From: an uncultured bacterium
GTDB taxonomy: Bacteria; Krumholzibacteriota; Krumholzibacteriia; JACNKJ01
Length of the DNA: 64,000 nt
Direction of reading: 5' to 3'
NCBI GenBank assembly: GCA_963695095.1
Contig: CAVOFT010000001.1
Span: 2,944,001 to 3,008,000 of the forward strand
A program made the translations under genes and the position numbers. The notes beneath the pieces were generated by a model, which made no database searches, had not been told where the DNA came from, and saw only the letters and a program-made list of their open reading frames with translations. Positions within the stretch are counted from its first letter, which is position 1. Every line of letters starts with the position of its first letter. Below, one piece after another: positions 59,743 to 64,000 of the stretch.

Positions 59743-60831
59743 ATGTCTGCCTTCGCTCCACGTTTCACCGTCACGAATCCGATCACGGCGGCGCTCACCG
59801 CCATCGAGCGCGCGCGGGGCTTTCTCGAGGCAGCCAAGCTCTCGGAGGCCTGGATCGCGCGCATGAGCCAGCAGGCCTTGCTGCTAGAGGCCCACCACAC
59901 CACCCACATCGAAGGCACCGCGCTGACCCTGGACGAGGCCCGCCGCCTCTGGACCGGCGAGGCCGTTGCGGAGGCCGATCGCAACGACGTCCGCGAGCTT
60001 CTGAACTACCGGGACGCCTTCGAGCTCGTCTCCGAGTACCTCGGCAGCGGGGACCCGATCACCGAAGGCCTCATCCGGGAGATCCACAAGCGGCTGGTGC
60101 GCGGGGTCCGCGGCGGCGCCGCCCAACCGGGGGCCTACCGCAAGACCCAGAACTACGTGATCAACAGCCGCACGGGCGAGGTCATCTACACGCCGCCTTC
60201 TCCCGAGCAGGTAGCGCCCATGATGGCGGATCTCGTCGGCTGGCTCCGCGACGAGTCCGCAGTGCACCCCGTGCTCGTCGCGGGCATAGCGCAGTTCCAG
60301 CTCGTGCACATCCATCCCTTCGTCGACGGCAATGGCCGCACCTCCCGCCTACTCTCCACGCTCTGCCTCTACCGCGCCGGCTACGACTTCAAGCGGCTCT
60401 TCACACTCAGCGAGTTCTACGACCGCGATCGCAGCGCCTTCTATGCCGCCTTGCAGAGCGTTCGGAAGCAGGGCATGGACCTGACCCCTTGGCTCGAGTA
60501 CTTCGTCTACGGCCTTGCGCAGCAACTCGAGGAAGTGAAGGTGCGGGGTACGGCGGTCATCAGCGCCGACCTTTTAGCGAAGGAGCAGAAGCTCGGCGCG
60601 CGCCCGGCGGCGGTCTTGGCTGCCATCCACGAGGCGGGCAGCATCAGCCTCGGCGAGCTGGAGCCGCTCTTCCCCGATGTCAGTCGCCGCTCCCTCCAGC
60701 GCGACCTGAAGCTGCTCGTGGACCGAGGGTTGATCGTGGCCCAGGGCGCTCCGCAGCTCACGGACCCGAATCGCAGCTACGGGCCCGCGCCGACTCCGCC
60801 GCCGGGACCCTCCGCGGGCCCGCCCCGATAG
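59743..60831 (+). CDS. Fic family protein with C-terminal HTH
   Basis: Canonical [31 protein letters not shown]. Confidence 0.93.
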   Translation: MSAFAPRFTVTNPITAALTAIERARGFLEAAKLSEAWIARMSQQALLLEAHHTTHIEGTALTLDEARRLWTGEAVAEADRNDVRELLNYRDAFELVSEYLGSGDPITEGLIREIHKRLVRGVRGGAAQPGAYRKTQNYVINSRTGEVIYTPPSPEQVAPMMADLVGWLRDESAVHPVLVAGIAQFQLVHIHPFVDGNGRTSRLLSTLCLYRAGYDFKRLFTLSEFYDRDRSAFYAALQSVRKQGMDLTPWLEYFVYGLAQQLEEVKVRGTAVISADLLAKEQKLGARPAAVLAAIHEAGSISLGELEPLFPDVSRRSLQRDLKLLVDRGLIVAQGAPQLTDPNRSYGPAPTPPPGPSAGPPR

Positions 60832-60846
60832 CGTCCCCCGCCGCCG

Positions 60847-60902
60847 AGCTGTGACAAGCTGTGACAGGGAGCTGTGACAAGCTGTGCCAGCTAGCTCTGA
60901 CA
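60847..60902 (+). repeat. Five near-tandem copies of AGCTGTGACA
   Basis: Exact at 60847, 60857, 60870; one mismatch at 60880 and 60893. Confidence 0.85.
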
Positions 60903-61065
60903 CGGCCGCAACGCCACCCGCCCCCGGGGGCGACCCCGCCGCCCGCAATTCCAACATCCTGCAACCACTGAACCATTGATTACAGGCCCTTTGCTCGGTA
61001 TTCTGCCGGCGCCGCCTGTCGGCCCCGCCGCCGCGGCCTAACCCGAGCCCTGTCCCCAGGATGGC

Positions 61066-63723
61066 ATGCCCTCATCCCCCGAGCATCGCGAGGCCCCCGC
61101 GGGCAGCCGAGGCGCCGGCGCCCCCGCCGAGCCGCCCCTGGCCGCCTGCCCCCTGCCCGGGCTCGCGCCGCCTGAACCCACCGAGGCGCAGAAAGCCGCC
61201 TGGCAAGCCGCCCTCGCCGCCGGGAAGTGCCTCCACTGCGCGGGCGAACTCGGCAAGGGCTGGCGCGCCGAGGACGGCCCCTTCTGCTGCCGCGGCTGCC
61301 GCGCCGTCTACGAGCTGCTCCACGGCGAGGGCCTCACGCGCTACTACGACCTGCGCCAGGGCCCACAGGCCCCCGTGCCCAGCCTGCGCCCGGACAGCTT
61401 CGCCTGGCTGGACCGCCTCATCGAAGAGCGCGCCGCGGCTGGACCCGCCCCCGGGGGCGGCCCCGCGGCTGGCCCTGCCGAAGCGGCCGCCGCCGGCCAG
61501 GCCGAAGCCGCCGCGGCGCCCGGCGCCGACCCGCTGCTGCGCCTCACCCTCGACATCCAGGGCGTCCACTGCGCCGCCTGCGTCTGGCTCATCGAGGAGC
61601 TCTTCCAGCGCGAGGCGGCCGGCATCGAGCTGCGCATCAACCCCGCCATCGGCAGCGTGGACCTCACCTGGAACCCGGCCGCGGGCGAGCTCAAGCGCTA
61701 CCTCGCCGAGGTGGAGCGCTTCGGCTACCGCCTCGGCCCCGCGCGCAAGAGCGCCGCCCCGCGCTCGCGCGCGCTGCTCTTCCGCATGGCCGTCTGCATC
61801 GCCGTCGCCATGAACGTGATGATGTTCAGCCTCACCTACTACTTCGGCCTCGCGCCCACGGACGGCGCCCTCTTCCGCTTCTTCGGCTGGCTGAACCTGG
61901 GCCTGGCCACCGTGTCGATGGTCGGTCGGCGGGCCGGTCTTCCTGCGCGGCGCGCCTCGCGGGCCTGCGCCGCCGCGTGGCCCACCTGGACCTGCCCATC
62001 GCCCTCGGCATGACTGCTGGCCTACGCGGGCTCGGTCTACGCCTACTTCGAGCGGCGGCCCGCACGCGGCCTACTTCGACACCCTCACCGTCTTCGTCGC
62101 CCTCATGCTCGTGGGCCGCTGGGCGCAGGAGCGCATCCTCGAGCGCAACCGCAACTCCCTGCTCGCGGGCGGCGGCGCGGACCTGATCACCGCCAAGCGC
62201 CGCGTGGCCGGCGAGGCCCGCCTCGAGGCCGTGGGCGCGGCCGCGCTCCGGGCCGGCGACGAGCTCTGGATCGCCCCCGGCGACCTGGTGCCCGTCGAGG
62301 GCATCCTCCTGCGCCAGGAGGCCGAGCTCTCGCTGGACTGGATCACCGGCGAGTCCGCCCCCGCCCACTTCGCCGCCCGGCGACCGCCTGCCCGCCGGCG
62401 CCTTCAACGCCAGCCGCCAGGGCTTCGCCGTGGCGGCCGCGCGAGGACTTCGCCGACTCGCGCCTGGAGACCTGCTGCGCAGCCGCGAGGGCGAGGGCGC
62501 CTGGCGCCCAAGCTGGTGGCACCGCGTGAGCACGGTCTACGTGACGCTGGTGCTCAGCGCCGCCGCGCTCGGCTTCGCCATCTGGTTCTGGGTGGTGGGC
62601 GACCTGCGCCGCGCCCTCGAGGTGACCGTGGCCGTGCTGGTCGTCACCTGCCCCTGCGCGCTGGGCCTGGCCACGCCGCTGGCCGAGGAGCTGATCCACA
62701 CGGCCCTGCGCCGCCGCGGCGTGTTCCTGCGCACGCGGCAGCTTCCTGGAGAAGGCCCTGCGCGTGCGCAAGGTGCTGCTGGACAAGACCGGCACGCTCA
62801 CGCTCGACCGCCTGCGCCTCGCGCCCGAGTCCCGCCGCGCGCTCTGGGCCCTGCCCGCCGCCGAGCAGGCCGCCCTCTGGACGATGTGCGCGCGCAGCAA
62901 CCACCCGGTGAGCCGCAGCCTCGCCGAGGCCCTGGCGCGCGGGCGGCGGCGCCGGCGGGCCTCGACCCGGCCGAAGCCGGCGATGGCTGGCGAAGAACTG
63001 CCCGGCCAGGGCCTGCGCTGGGCGCCGACGCCGACGGCGAGTACCGCCTCGGCCGCCCGGCCTTCGCGCTCGCCCGCGCGGCCGGTGGCGAACCCGCCCC
63101 CGGGGGCGACTCGGCGCGAAACGCTGCTTCACGCGCGACGGCGCCCTGCTCGCCGCCTTCCGCTTCGAGGAGGACTACAAGCCCGACGCCGCCGCCGAGC
63201 TCGCCGCGCTCTGCCGCCGCAGGGCTACGCGCTGCACCTGCTCAGCGGCGACACGCCAGGCCAAGGTGGACCGCGCCGCCGCGGCGCTGGGCATCCCGGC
63301 GCGAGCAGGCCCACGGCGGCCTCGACGCCCGAGGCCAAGGCCGCGCTCGTGCGCGACCTCGACGCCAGCGACACGCTGATGGTCGGCGACGGCCTCAACG
63401 ACAGCCCCAGCTTCGAGGCCGCCCTCTGCGCCGCCACCCCGGCCGTGGACCGGCCCGTGCTGCCCGGCAAGGCCGACTTCTACTTCCTGGGCGACGGCAT
63501 CGCCGCCCTCCGCCGCGCGCTGGCCGCCGCCGGCCGCCTGCGCGGCGTGCTGCGCGACAATCTCATCTTCGCGCTCGTCTACAACGTGGCCGCCGTGGCG
63601 CTCTGCCTGGCGGGGCTGGTGACCCCGGTCGTGGCGGCCATCCTGATGCCGGTCAGCTCGGTCGGCATCGTCGCCTTCACCGCCTGGCGGCTCTCGGGCC
63701 GGAGGCTGGCATGGATGTCGTGA
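61066..63723 (+). CDS. ccoI: CcoI/FixI heavy-metal P1B-type ATPase (multiple frameshifts)
   Basis: CLHC...FCCRGC..VY, HCAACVWLIE, ITGES, TCPCALGLATP, DKTGTLT, HPVS, MVGDGLND across frames. Confidence 0.88.
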
Positions 63724-63947
63724 TCGGCCTCGTCTTCGATCAGCCTCGCGCTGGTCGCGCTGGGCTTGGTCTTCTTCTTCGCGCGCCTGCAGGGCGGCGA
63801 CTTCGATCACGGCGACCGGCTCTCGCTGCTGCCCGCTGCGCGAGGACAGGCGAGCAGGGCGCCGCGGCCGCCAAGGCCGACAGCGACGACAAGGGCCCCG
63901 TGCCCGCGGATCCCAAGGAGGGAGGAGTAGTCAATGGCCGCGGCTAA
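63711..63947 (+). CDS. ccoS: cbb3-type oxidase assembly protein CcoS (frameshifted)
   Basis: MDVVIGLVF / ISLALVALGLVFFF...GDFDHGDRLSLLP; lies between ccoI and ccoN. Confidence 0.7.
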   Translation: MDVVIGLVFDQPRAGRAGLGLLLRAPAGRRLRSRRPALAAARCARTGEQGAAAAKADSDDKGPVPADPKEGGVVNGRG

Positions 63948-64000
63948 TGCCGCAGACCCGCACCGTCGTCTACGACGACGACATCGTGCGGGCCTTCTCC
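63947..64000 (+). CDS. ccoN: cbb3-type cytochrome c oxidase subunit I, N-terminal fragment
   Basis: TAATG overlap; MPQTRTVVYDDDIVRAFS resembles the CcoN YD..IVR.F start; gene context. Confidence 0.65.
   Translation, partial: MPQTRTVVYDDDIVRAFS

Noticed and set aside
60847..60902. CRISPR array
   Set aside because: 10-bp units with no unique spacers and no cas genes in the window.
60976..60990. FNR box upstream of ccoI
   Set aside because: Only a TTGAT half-site; no ATCAA at the required spacing.

Overview
High-GC bacterial chromosomal window. Abundant secreted proteins with FlgD-Ig-like C-terminal domains and S(W/F)xx(V/I)KxLY tails suggest an FCB-group candidate phylum such as Krumholzibacteriota, Latescibacterota or Eisenbacteria (inference only). 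Single-base frameshifts in many housekeeping genes look like long-read indel errors. Contents in order: a sigma-54-driven cusCBA-type metal efflux operon with an NtrC-family two-component system; a NYN-yitJ-metH methionine cluster; eight paralogous secreted Cys-rich beta-helix proteins; a secreted agmatine/peptidyl-arginine deiminase; pruA; a degenerate HNH cassette flanked by 22-bp direct repeats; DUF2089/SHOCT; an ABC exporter pair; tdh-kbl; mrp/DUF971; a defence/TA region (orphan AbiEi with operators, Panacea plus putative toxin, DUF2075 nuclease-helicase + HD hydrolase + HNH operon, Fic); and the start of a cbb3 oxidase locus (ccoI, ccoS, ccoN). Highlights: (1) two secreted Omp28/thioredoxin-like genes that ORF callers split, each with an in-frame TGA at codon 38 in a UxxC motif and a hairpin 11 nt downstream, i.e. 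putative secreted selenoproteins; (2) a ~10-aa C-terminal tag on six secreted proteins that appears to alternate with the FlgD-type domain; (3) a translationally coupled DUF2075-HD-HNH candidate anti-phage operon; (4) recurrent parS-like palindromes.
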